Shown here one piece after another: positions 9,893 to 17,887 of a stretch of DNA of 64,000 nucleotides. Every line of letters begins with the position of its first letter. The first letter of the stretch is position 1. The DNA lies in the NCBI GenBank assembly GCA_014382445.1, contig JACNJS010000010.1:20198-84197 (forward strand), written 5' to 3'. The position numbers were made by a program, and so were the translations under genes. The notes beneath the pieces are model-generated. The model worked only from the letters and a program-made list of their open reading frames with translations. It ran no database searches and was not told the origin of the DNA. This DNA comes from Bacteroidota bacterium (lineage in GTDB: Bacteria; Bacteroidota; Bacteroidia; Bacteroidales; F082).

Positions 9893-10216
9893 TTATTTTA
9901 AATCCTTGTTTACTTTTTTAGCTGCTTTTTCTGCGCCTGCCTTAATATCTTCTAAAGCATCTTTAGTTTTCTCTTTGGCAGATTTGGCTGCGTCGCCCAC
10001 ACTTTCCTTAACATCTTCTACTGCGTCTTTCGTTTTCTCCATTACAGATTCCGCAGCTTCATCTATTTTCTCCCCAACATTTTCAACATTATCTTTGGTA
10101 GCATCCTGTATATTCTCTACCTTGTCGGTTGCATCTTCTTGTGTGGATTTTTGCTCACATGCCACAAAAATGAGACTTAAAACTACTACGATTAACATTC
10201 CTTTTAACATCTTCAT
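9893..10216 (-). CDS. small lipoprotein made of 11-residue amphipathic (LEA/YtxH-like) repeats
   Basis: Signal peptide plus lipobox LIFVAC. About seven 11-mers follow (DATKDNVENVG EKIDEAAESVM EKTKDAVEDVK ESVGDAAKSAK EKTKDALEDIK...). Stop lies 20 nt upstream of the AsmA-like start. Confidence 0.6.
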   Translation of the reverse strand: MKMLKGMLIVVVLSLIFVACEQKSTQEDATDKVENIQDATKDNVENVGEKIDEAAESVMEKTKDAVEDVKESVGDAAKSAKEKTKDALEDIKAGAEKAAKKVNKDLK

Positions 10217-10238
10217 AATATTCGGTTTAGATTAAATT

Positions 10239-10436
10239 TTTGTAACTAATTAGTGTTTTAAAGTGTTGTTTATATTTTTATTACAGAAATAAATTCTACC
10301 GCAATGAACGCCAAGTTATATACAAAGAGCGCTAAGTTGTTGAATATGTATTCTTTGCGAACTTTGCGATCAAATAACTTATATCACTCACATTGAGCAC
10401 AATACAATTTATTATAGCACACTTATTAGTTACAAA
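10239..10436. mobile_element. MITE-like element, copy 1 (TIR TTTGTAACTAAT / ATTAGTTACAAA)
   Basis: 12-bp perfect terminal inverted repeats at 10239-10250 and 10425-10436. Non-coding interior with CCGCAATGAACGC / GCGAACTTTGCG motifs. Colinear with the second copy at 35027-35243. AATTTT is present on both sides if the TIR is taken as TGTAACTAAT. Confidence 0.6.
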
Positions 10437-10501
10437 TTTTTATTAAACATATAACAAAGCAACAAATAAATTGAATTAAATCAAAGGATTAAGAGGTACA
10501 G

Positions 10502-11554
10502 TTAATCTTTTATATCAAAATAAACCGGAAGATGATCGCTAAATCCCCCATGATATTTAAAGCCAATATTTGTGCGAAAAGTTTTTACTCCAAAATGTTT
10601 TATATCTGATTCCAATAAAAAATCAGCATCAAAAATGCGGGCAGTTGTTGACTGGAGGCCATTAGTACCATTTAATATAGAGTTGGTTACGAGTATCTGA
10701 TCGAAATTCGACCAATTGCCATTATATTTAAGCGTTCCTAAAACACCTGGATTTGAACTTATTAGTTCCATATTATTAAATCCGCAAACCGATGAATTTG
10801 TAATCAACTGCATGCTTTTGTTTTCGGGGTTGTCGTTAAAATCGCCCATTAGTACTATATTGGCCTTATCATTTCCAGCACAAATGGAATCAGTAAGTTC
10901 CAACAATTTCTTAGAAGCCAATACCCTAAGTAGTTCCGATTCAAGGTATCCTCTGTATCTTGAAGTCCAGTGGTTAACAACAACATGAAGTGTATCTGCA
11001 TCCAGCAAGCCTTTAACATAAAGCAGATCACGTGTAGTAAAATCAGGATTTTTCGGGTCGCTAATTACAACTTTAGCACTATATAACAAGGTAAAACTTG
11101 CCTTATGGTATATCAAGCCAACATCAATCCCTCGGAAATCATCCGAATCATAATGAACATAGTCGTACCCATCTTTTGCAAGAGGAGTGTTGTTAATCAA
11201 ATCGGAAATAACAAATTCATTTTCAATTTCTGCCAACCCAACTATTGCAACAGGCTTCCATTGACCTATTGCTTTAATTACCTTATAAATATTATTTCGC
11301 TTTTCAACATATTTATAATGGGTCCAATGCAGGTCTCCATCCGGAGTAAATTCATTATATGTACTCAATGAATCATGTAGAGCATCAAAATAGTTCTCCA
11401 CATTATAGAACATTATTCGATATTTTTCATTCGGATTATTATTAGCTATTGTTTGTGAATTACAATCAATAGTTAAAAATGAAAAATACAATAATGCAAT
11501 GAATGATATTTTCAATTTTTCAGATTTAAATACAATTTTAAAAAAAATATACAT
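10502..11554 (-). CDS. endonuclease/exonuclease/phosphatase (EEP) family protein, secreted
   Basis: N-terminal signal/lipobox (LTIDC). EEP hallmarks FYNVENYFD, LMGDFND, GGFSDHLPV. Confidence 0.8.
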   Translation of the reverse strand: MYIFFKIVFKSEKLKISFIALLYFSFLTIDCNSQTIANNNPNEKYRIMFYNVENYFDALHDSLSTYNEFTPDGDLHWTHYKYVEKRNNIYKVIKAIGQWKPVAIVGLAEIENEFVISDLINNTPLAKDGYDYVHYDSDDFRGIDVGLIYHKASFTLLYSAKVVISDPKNPDFTTRDLLYVKGLLDADTLHVVVNHWTSRYRGYLESELLRVLASKKLLELTDSICAGNDKANIVLMGDFNDNPENKSMQLITNSSVCGFNNMELISSNPGVLGTLKYNGNWSNFDQILVTNSILNGTNGLQSTTARIFDADFLLESDIKHFGVKTFRTNIGFKYHGGFSDHLPVYFDIKD

Positions 11555-11771
11555 GCAACCGTTCTAATTCTGATTAAATTTTATTTTCAACTGATAGAAT
11601 ATTATAAAGGTTATAGTATCTTTGAGTAATTAAATTAAAATAAGTGTTGATCTTAGCACATTAAATATCGCTGATATTTAAAGACTTTTCATAATTTTGA
11701 TGTAATTTTTTAAAAAAACATTGCTCAATGTGGTATAATTTTATTGATTTTGGGTACTAATATATAGAAGA

Positions 11772-12371
11772 GTGTTACAATATAAAACTCAGGAATTACT
11801 TAACGGTATACTAGAAAATAACAGAATCATTGTTCAACATATATATGATCGTAATTTTCAAAGTATTAGAAAGTTCATAGAAAAGTTTGGAGGAAGTAAA
11901 GATGATGCCCTTGATGTTTTTCAGGATGGGATAATTGTTATTTATGAGCAGCTGAAAAGCGGAGATGTTAAACAAATCAATAACTTTCAAGGATATCTAT
12001 TCTCGATATGTAAATTTAAATGGTTTAACATACTACGAGATGGTAAGTTTAGTGAAATAACCAATATTGAGTTAGAAGATATTCTCCCATCGGATGAATA
12101 CGAGCAAATATCAGAACGGTGGGGTGAAGTCATGATAAAAGAAGAAAGAGTGAAGGTTTATTTCAATTGTTTCATGGAACTCACCAGTAAGTGTCAGCAA
12201 ATGATTCGTTACGTAGCACATGGATTGGATATTGAAGATATTGCTACTGAAATGAACTTCTCTTCTGTTACTTATACATACAGGAAGCGTCAGCTGTGCC
12301 TCAACAAACTTATCGAATTAGTAAAACAAAGGTTAAACCAAATTAATGGAATCAGCTATGATACTAAATGA
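11772..12371 (+). CDS. ECF-type RNA polymerase sigma-70 factor
   Basis: GTG start. Region 2-like DDALDVFQDGIIVIYEQL and region 4 HTH-like IEDIATEMNFSSVTYTYRKRQLCLNKL. Confidence 0.8.
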   Translation: MLQYKTQELLNGILENNRIIVQHIYDRNFQSIRKFIEKFGGSKDDALDVFQDGIIVIYEQLKSGDVKQINNFQGYLFSICKFKWFNILRDGKFSEITNIELEDILPSDEYEQISERWGEVMIKEERVKVYFNCFMELTSKCQQMIRYVAHGLDIEDIATEMNFSSVTYTYRKRQLCLNKLIELVKQRLNQINGISYDTK

Positions 12372-13107
12372 CAAAACAATGTTAATTGAAAGGTACATAA
12401 CAGGCAAACTTGAAGATACCGAATTATGGGAATTTAAGAAAAACCTTGAAAATGATCTGGAACTGGCACGCGAAGTAAAACTCCGTCAGGAAATTTACAG
12501 CACTATTAGCAATGACAAGAAAATGGGGCTAATGAAAACATTAAGTGATATTAAGTCCAGAAAGCAAAAACGCGTGTTCGCGATAAATGTCTACTCAAGG
12601 CAGATCCAGGTTTTTGCTGCTTCAATAGTTGTACTTATAATAATTGGCGGAGCCTTATTCCTAAATTACATACAAAACAGCAATGTATCAAATTACGACA
12701 TTTATACTGAATATTTTATTGATGAAGGGTCGTTATTGTCAACCCGATCGGATGTGAGTACTAATAATTCATTAGTTGAATCAGGTATTAGACTGTATGG
12801 TAATGGTAAATATACTCAAGCAGTATCATTGTTTGACTCAAACCCCGAAAATCTAATGGCAAGGTTATATACCGGTTTTTCTTATATGAAGTTAGACCAA
12901 TTTGAGATGGCAGAAAAACAGTTTAAATATATTATCAATCACCATGATAATATCTTTTTAGATCAGGCAGAGTGGAATTTAGGGCTCAGTTATTTAGCAA
13001 ATAATAAAACTGAACAAGCACACTTAGTTTTCTCGAAAATTGCATCTGAAAAAGGAGCTTATCGTTCACAAGCCGAAAACATTATTACGAAATTGCAGAA
13101 CAGGTAA
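12346..13107 (+). CDS. putative anti-sigma factor (single TM, TPR-like C-terminal domain)
   Basis: Directly follows or overlaps the sigma gene. N-terminal LIERYITGKLEDTELWEFKKNLENDLELAREV, TM VFAASIVVLIIIGGALFL, TPR-like C-terminus. The start may be an internal Met (12358 or 12379). Confidence 0.55.
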   Translation: MESAMILNDKTMLIERYITGKLEDTELWEFKKNLENDLELAREVKLRQEIYSTISNDKKMGLMKTLSDIKSRKQKRVFAINVYSRQIQVFAASIVVLIIIGGALFLNYIQNSNVSNYDIYTEYFIDEGSLLSTRSDVSTNNSLVESGIRLYGNGKYTQAVSLFDSNPENLMARLYTGFSYMKLDQFEMAEKQFKYIINHHDNIFLDQAEWNLGLSYLANNKTEQAHLVFSKIASEKGAYRSQAENIITKLQNR

Positions 13108-13136
13108 CAAGCCAATTTTAAACAAAACAAGCACAG

Positions 13137-13176
13137 GCGTAAAAGAGGTAGTGGTTCTTTTACGCCTTTTTTTTGT
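13137..13176 (+). terminator. rho-independent terminator of the sigma/anti-sigma operon
   Basis: ggcgtaaaag (13137-13146) pairs with cttttacgcc (13158-13167) and is followed by a T8 run. Confidence 0.6.
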
Positions 13177-13525
13177 TCAGATCAATCCTTTATTTTGTTC
13201 ATGCCACTGCACTATTGTTAAGTCAATTGTAAGGTGGCGAAAAAGATTGCCGCTTCCTCGTACCTCGTCATAGCAAAGACGTCACTACGTGCATGACTGT
13301 TCGGCAGGCAGGGAAGAATGATGAAGCAGACTCCTCAATAGTTAATACTTGACTTAACACTTCTATGTTTATAAACCATGTTCTAAGTACCAACCTGAAA
13401 AGTAAGTTTTTTTGTCAGGAACGATCCGCCTGAAGCGAATCAGAATGACAGGCGTCTTTGATTTTTTGGACAGCTTTTAGTTGCCTAAGTAACAGAATCT
13501 TAAGCTTGTAACAAGCTATGTAACA

Positions 13526-14773
13526 TTATTCATACCTCAACGACTCAATCGGATCAAGTTTTGCGGCTTTATTTGCCGGAATGATTCCTGACACTAAGGC
13601 CACCACAAAGCAAAGTCCAAGTCCTAATAGTATCCATAGCCAGGGAATAATAAAAGCACTTTCAGTCAGAGCCGAAACACCATTACCTATTAAAATTCCC
13701 GCAATAACTCCTAGTATTCCGCCTATTTGAGCAATAACAATAGCCTCAACCAGGAACTGATTTCTTATAGTTCTACTTGTAGCTCCCACCGCTTTCCGTA
13801 TGCCGATTTCACGGGTACGTTCCGTTACCGAAACCAGCATAATATTCATTAGCCCAATGGCCGCTCCGAGTAAGGTAATAAGGCCAATTACAGTTGCTCC
13901 TATCTGTATCTTTGAGGTAAGCTTTATAAGCATATTGGCAATATTATCGCTTTTAATAATTGAAAACGAATCATCGTCACCTAATTTATCCTTTCGTATG
14001 CGTCTGAACACTCCTGTTGCCTCTCCAATAGCAGCATCCATTTTTTCCTGGTCGGGAACCATAATGCTTATCCTGTAATTCATATTAGGTCGTGAAAAAT
14101 ATTGCCTTACATTTCCGAGCGGAGCCAGACAATACCTGTCGCCGCTAAATCCAATACTGGAGCCTCGTTCTTTCAATACTCCTATTATTTTATATTTTCC
14201 GGCGCCAATTGAAACTACTTTGCCAATCGGGTCCTCATTCTTTTTAAACAAAGTTGAGGCTATTTCACTTCCTATAATTGTAACATGATTTCCCTGGTGA
14301 ACTTCGATTGGTAAAAATCCCCTTCCTTTTTCCAACTCAAGTCCGGCAGTAGAAATATAATTTTCATCTACGCCTAAAATTTGAGTATTAGGGTTTGTTT
14401 TTTCAGATTCATACTTTACCGTAGCAATACCAGTACCACGAGTATAAATTGAAGTTATTGCAGGAAAAGAAAATTCATCTTTAAACTTGTTGGCCTGCCT
14501 GAAATCAATAGCTTCAAATGCTTTTGGCCTATTACTATTACCACCAATATGAACCCTCATTTCTCTATTTTGAATATTAAAAGTATTGGATCCCATCATT
14601 GCAAAGTTGTTGTTCAAAAAGTATTCAACGGCATCAATTGCAGTAAGTATCCCAACCAAGGCCATAATACCAAAAGCTATTATCATAACCGTTAGAATAG
14701 TACGAAGCAAATGACTTTTTATAGATGTTAATGAAATAAGGACGTTTTCTTTAATTAGTTTCAAATTTGCCAT
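13526..14773 (-). CDS. ABC transporter permease, MacB/FtsX-like
   Basis: N-terminal TM, large periplasmic MacB-like domain, C-terminal FtsX 3-TM module (ERTREIGIRKAVGA..., ends IESLRYE). No ATPase gene adjacent. Confidence 0.8.
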   Translation of the reverse strand: MANLKLIKENVLISLTSIKSHLLRTILTVMIIAFGIMALVGILTAIDAVEYFLNNNFAMMGSNTFNIQNREMRVHIGGNSNRPKAFEAIDFRQANKFKDEFSFPAITSIYTRGTGIATVKYESEKTNPNTQILGVDENYISTAGLELEKGRGFLPIEVHQGNHVTIIGSEIASTLFKKNEDPIGKVVSIGAGKYKIIGVLKERGSSIGFSGDRYCLAPLGNVRQYFSRPNMNYRISIMVPDQEKMDAAIGEATGVFRRIRKDKLGDDDSFSIIKSDNIANMLIKLTSKIQIGATVIGLITLLGAAIGLMNIMLVSVTERTREIGIRKAVGATSRTIRNQFLVEAIVIAQIGGILGVIAGILIGNGVSALTESAFIIPWLWILLGLGLCFVVALVSGIIPANKAAKLDPIESLRYE

Positions 14774-14778
14774 AACTT

Positions 14779-15441
14779 TTATTCCAATTTTGTTCCAAAT
14801 GCCAGATCACCAGCATCTCCAAGCCCTGGAACGATATATGCTTTTGCAGTAAGCTCATCATCAATCGCACCTACCCAAATCGTTAAGTTCTGTAATGAAA
14901 AATTTCTTTTAATAACCGCAATCCCTTCCTCCCCGGCTACCAAACATACAACATGAATGTGCTTAGGTTTGCCGTTTTCCAGGAGGGCTTTTATTGATGT
15001 AGTCATTGAACCACCTGTTGCAAGCATCGGATCGCTAATAATTAGAACCTTGTTCAACAATGAAGTGGATGACATATAATCCATCTTTATAATAAAACTT
15101 TTGTTCTTCCTGTATTTGCGATATGCAGAAACAAAAGCACTATCTGCTGTATCAAAATAATTCAATAACCCTTGATGTAAAGGTAATCCTGCTCGGAGTA
15201 TGGTTGCAAGTACAGGTTTATCTGCAAGTATCTTCATTGGTGCTGTACCAAGTGAAGTAATAATATCCTCATCCTTATAATCCATTTCTTTACTTATCTC
15301 GTAAGCAAATATCTCTCCAGCACGCTCCATATTTCTTCTAAAGCGCATACTGTCGCATTGAATTTCTTTGTCTCTTAGTTCCGATAAAAACTGGTTAAAC
15401 AAAGAGTTTGTTTTTCCTATTTCCCTTACCATAGTAATCAT
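14779..15441 (-). CDS. upp: uracil phosphoribosyltransferase
   Basis: PRPP-binding loop VLIISDPMLATGGS and C-terminal YIVPGLGDAGDLAFGTK, typical of Upp. Confidence 0.85.
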   Translation of the reverse strand: MITMVREIGKTNSLFNQFLSELRDKEIQCDSMRFRRNMERAGEIFAYEISKEMDYKDEDIITSLGTAPMKILADKPVLATILRAGLPLHQGLLNYFDTADSAFVSAYRKYRKNKSFIIKMDYMSSTSLLNKVLIISDPMLATGGSMTTSIKALLENGKPKHIHVVCLVAGEEGIAVIKRNFSLQNLTIWVGAIDDELTAKAYIVPGLGDAGDLAFGTKLE

Positions 15442-15493
15442 TTTCTACAAAAATAGTTGATTTAGCTAAAACAACTGCTGTGAATTAGATTTT

Positions 15494-16450
15494 TTACTTT
15501 TTTGATTTGCAAAATAAATTATAAATATTAAAAATGATTTTCATAACAAAATTTAACCTATTTATTTTCAGCCTTGTATAGGTTGTTTTTTTTGCGCCAA
15601 ATCCTTTGTAGTATCTTGCCAGGTTTTCGTTGTTCGATCCTTCAAAATCAAGTATCCGTCCGCCAGGTGAATTATCACGAATAACAGTATCAATTAAAAA
15701 AGTCATTGCCCCATTAGTACGGGCCACCTCATCGGAGCCTGAAAAAAGAAAAATCAAACGGTTATTATTTTTAAGAAAAAATGCTGCAGCACAAAGTTCG
15801 TTATTTTCGGAATAAACACCACAGGTAGTTCCCATTCCCTTATGAATTGCCTTATACATAATACGTTGCAATACAACATAATTTTTTTCAGTCCACTTTG
15901 TAATATCCGCACCTCTATTAGTCCTGAATAAACTAATAACACTTTCGGGTTTAACGCCTTTCATAAATATGAGATTGTTTTCTAAACTCTTTTTAAGATT
16001 ACGCTTAGTATTATTTGAGTATTTAGAGGCAAGCTTTGGGTACTCGTTTATTAAATCCAAGAGATAATTATTATTGGAAATAAGGTGGTATTTTTCTTCA
16101 GCAAATTTGTTGAATATATTAAAGTTAACATCAATAAGTTTAACGTGTACAGGAATTTTACTAATAAAATCCTCAATAATCTTAGGATTCAATATGTTTA
16201 TTGAAAATACTCCAAATTGCTGTGTAAAAAATGGTTGGTAGTAGTAGGTGATGCCAAATTTCTTTCTAAGTGTAAGTGGCATAACTCTCTGGTAATCTTC
16301 TTCAACCAGTGCTTCCCATCCCTCATGTACAAGGTCTAAATACCACGAACATACATAGGTATTGCCATTGAAAGATTGTTTTATACACTCATCCCATTTC
16401 TTCTTGTCAATTTCGGTATGTTTTAGATATACAATCAAGTTTGAGATCAA
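15494..16450 (-). CDS. GNAT/FemAB-like acyltransferase-fold protein
   Basis: 318 aa; the N-terminal WDECIKQS.NG..Y..SWYLD pattern and size resemble Bacteroidota GNAT/FemX-like proteins. Recognition by eye only. Confidence 0.45.
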   Translation of the reverse strand: MISNLIVYLKHTEIDKKKWDECIKQSFNGNTYVCSWYLDLVHEGWEALVEEDYQRVMPLTLRKKFGITYYYQPFFTQQFGVFSINILNPKIIEDFISKIPVHVKLIDVNFNIFNKFAEEKYHLISNNNYLLDLINEYPKLASKYSNNTKRNLKKSLENNLIFMKGVKPESVISLFRTNRGADITKWTEKNYVVLQRIMYKAIHKGMGTTCGVYSENNELCAAAFFLKNNNRLIFLFSGSDEVARTNGAMTFLIDTVIRDNSPGGRILDFEGSNNENLARYYKGFGAKKTTYTRLKINRLNFVMKIIFNIYNLFCKSKK

Positions 16451-16516
16451 TATTAGTTAAATTATGTTTTTTGCTGATTCTACTATCGAATCATCAACTT
16501 TACGCACAAGCACTAT

Positions 16517-17833
16517 CTACTCTTCTGCTGCCATAACAAGCAATTCTTCATACACTTTACGCCACCCTTTCCATCTTTTTTCATCACTAAGAGGTTCGTT
16601 ATGCCATAAAGAACTAAATGTACCATCTACTTTTTTTACCTCATTAATTAACTTCTTAATCTGTTCGATGGCATCTGCCGGTGTAAGCTTCATATAATCC
16701 TTAAGTGTACCATCCATAACCACAAAAGGATGAACCCTGAGTTTTGTTTCTACCTCAATATCCAGATCATAGAAATTAAAAGGGCTGCAAATACCAGCTC
16801 TGAATCCTGGCAAAGCAGCATAACCCATTGAGTAATCATCTGTTATATCTTCGTCGATTAAATTCCTGTATGTACCTGGCAGATTTAGACGTAAAAAATG
16901 TTGCCTGCTTTGTGTAATATCCTTGTTAACAACACTCTCAAGGTATTTTATTTCTTTTTGCAGCATTTCAGGGTTCTCATTGGTATAGTATGACGGGTGA
17001 ATGCCAATTTGTGCATAATCGCCCATTTTCTTAATCAGAAAACGAAAACTTCGGTTTCTGGTATTAACGTTTTTATCAAATTTACCATAATGGCCAAACA
17101 AAAAGAAATAGATTGGTTTAAGATTATACCGTCGTTGAAATTCAATCTGTAGATCAAAAGTATCAAAGGGGTCTTTAAAACCTGAAAACAAAACACGGCT
17201 ACGCTGAACAATATCACTCCAATCAAAATTCTTAACCGATAAAAGGTAACCTCCAACCGAACGTACTAAACCTTTTTGTGAATAAGCAAAGGCTGTATCA
17301 ATATCATATGTAGGTCGGAAACGATAATTTCGTTTAGGGAAATTAAAATCAGGATACTTATCAAGAATTATTTTCTTTATCATCACCGACCAAATATTCA
17401 CCATAGGTTTATCCAGGATATTCAATTCGGCACTTAAACTCAGGTGAGCAGTAAACCTTCCGTGTATATCAGAAACATAGAGTTGATATTCTTCATACCT
17501 TGAAACAAGATAAAATATGGCTGAAAATACATCGAATGGCAAGGCAGAGTTTTTATCGTAAACAGGAAACAAAGCCTTATTGCCTTCAAAATTTATATTT
17601 TCGACTTTAATATTTTCGATTCCTCTTTGAAAAAGTAAGCCCGAAGATTTAAAGAAAATATCATCAGAATATGCTTTATCTGCATATACTATTTTTGCAG
17701 CATCTGCCGAAAGAAACTCATCCAAATTTGTAGTGAGGGTATATGTAACTTTTAGCAGGTCTTTAAAAACCAGTCTAAACACATACCTAATCCTACTTGT
17801 CATTTTCGGAACAAAAACTAATAAACCTTCCAT
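16517..17833 (-). CDS. polysaccharide deacetylase-like protein
   Basis: 438 aa. Motifs IGIHPSYYT and TQSRQHFLRL resemble the carbohydrate esterase 4-like deacetylase family. Paired with the preceding GNAT-like gene. Confidence 0.45.
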   Translation of the reverse strand: MEGLLVFVPKMTSRIRYVFRLVFKDLLKVTYTLTTNLDEFLSADAAKIVYADKAYSDDIFFKSSGLLFQRGIENIKVENINFEGNKALFPVYDKNSALPFDVFSAIFYLVSRYEEYQLYVSDIHGRFTAHLSLSAELNILDKPMVNIWSVMIKKIILDKYPDFNFPKRNYRFRPTYDIDTAFAYSQKGLVRSVGGYLLSVKNFDWSDIVQRSRVLFSGFKDPFDTFDLQIEFQRRYNLKPIYFFLFGHYGKFDKNVNTRNRSFRFLIKKMGDYAQIGIHPSYYTNENPEMLQKEIKYLESVVNKDITQSRQHFLRLNLPGTYRNLIDEDITDDYSMGYAALPGFRAGICSPFNFYDLDIEVETKLRVHPFVVMDGTLKDYMKLTPADAIEQIKKLINEVKKVDGTFSSLWHNEPLSDEKRWKGWRKVYEELLVMAAEE

Positions 17834-17858
17834 AGGTCAAAAGTACAGAAATTTCAAC

Positions 17859-17866
17859 TATTTTTG
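17859..17866 (+). promoter_or_regulatory. candidate Bacteroidota -7 box (TAnnTTTG) for dnaX
   Basis: tatttttg, 22 nt upstream of the dnaX ATG. Confidence 0.3.
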
Positions 17867-17887
17867 AAGTCAAATTTTTATTAATGA

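Noticed and set aside
7771-9921. Several 60-109-aa plus-strand ORFs inside the AsmA-like gene
   Set aside because: Shadow ORFs in a 3.8-kb uninterrupted minus-strand frame. Hydrophobic low-complexity translations.
9906-10235. 109-aa plus-strand ORF opposite the LEA-like lipoprotein
   Set aside because: It is a mirror image of the repeat gene (S/A/F-rich). The minus-strand frame has a signal peptide, a lipobox and coherent 11-mer periodicity, so it is preferred.
13040-13273. 77-aa ORF overlapping the anti-sigma 3' end
   Set aside because: Runs through the rho-independent terminator and the GC-rich repeat island. Out of frame with a well-supported gene.
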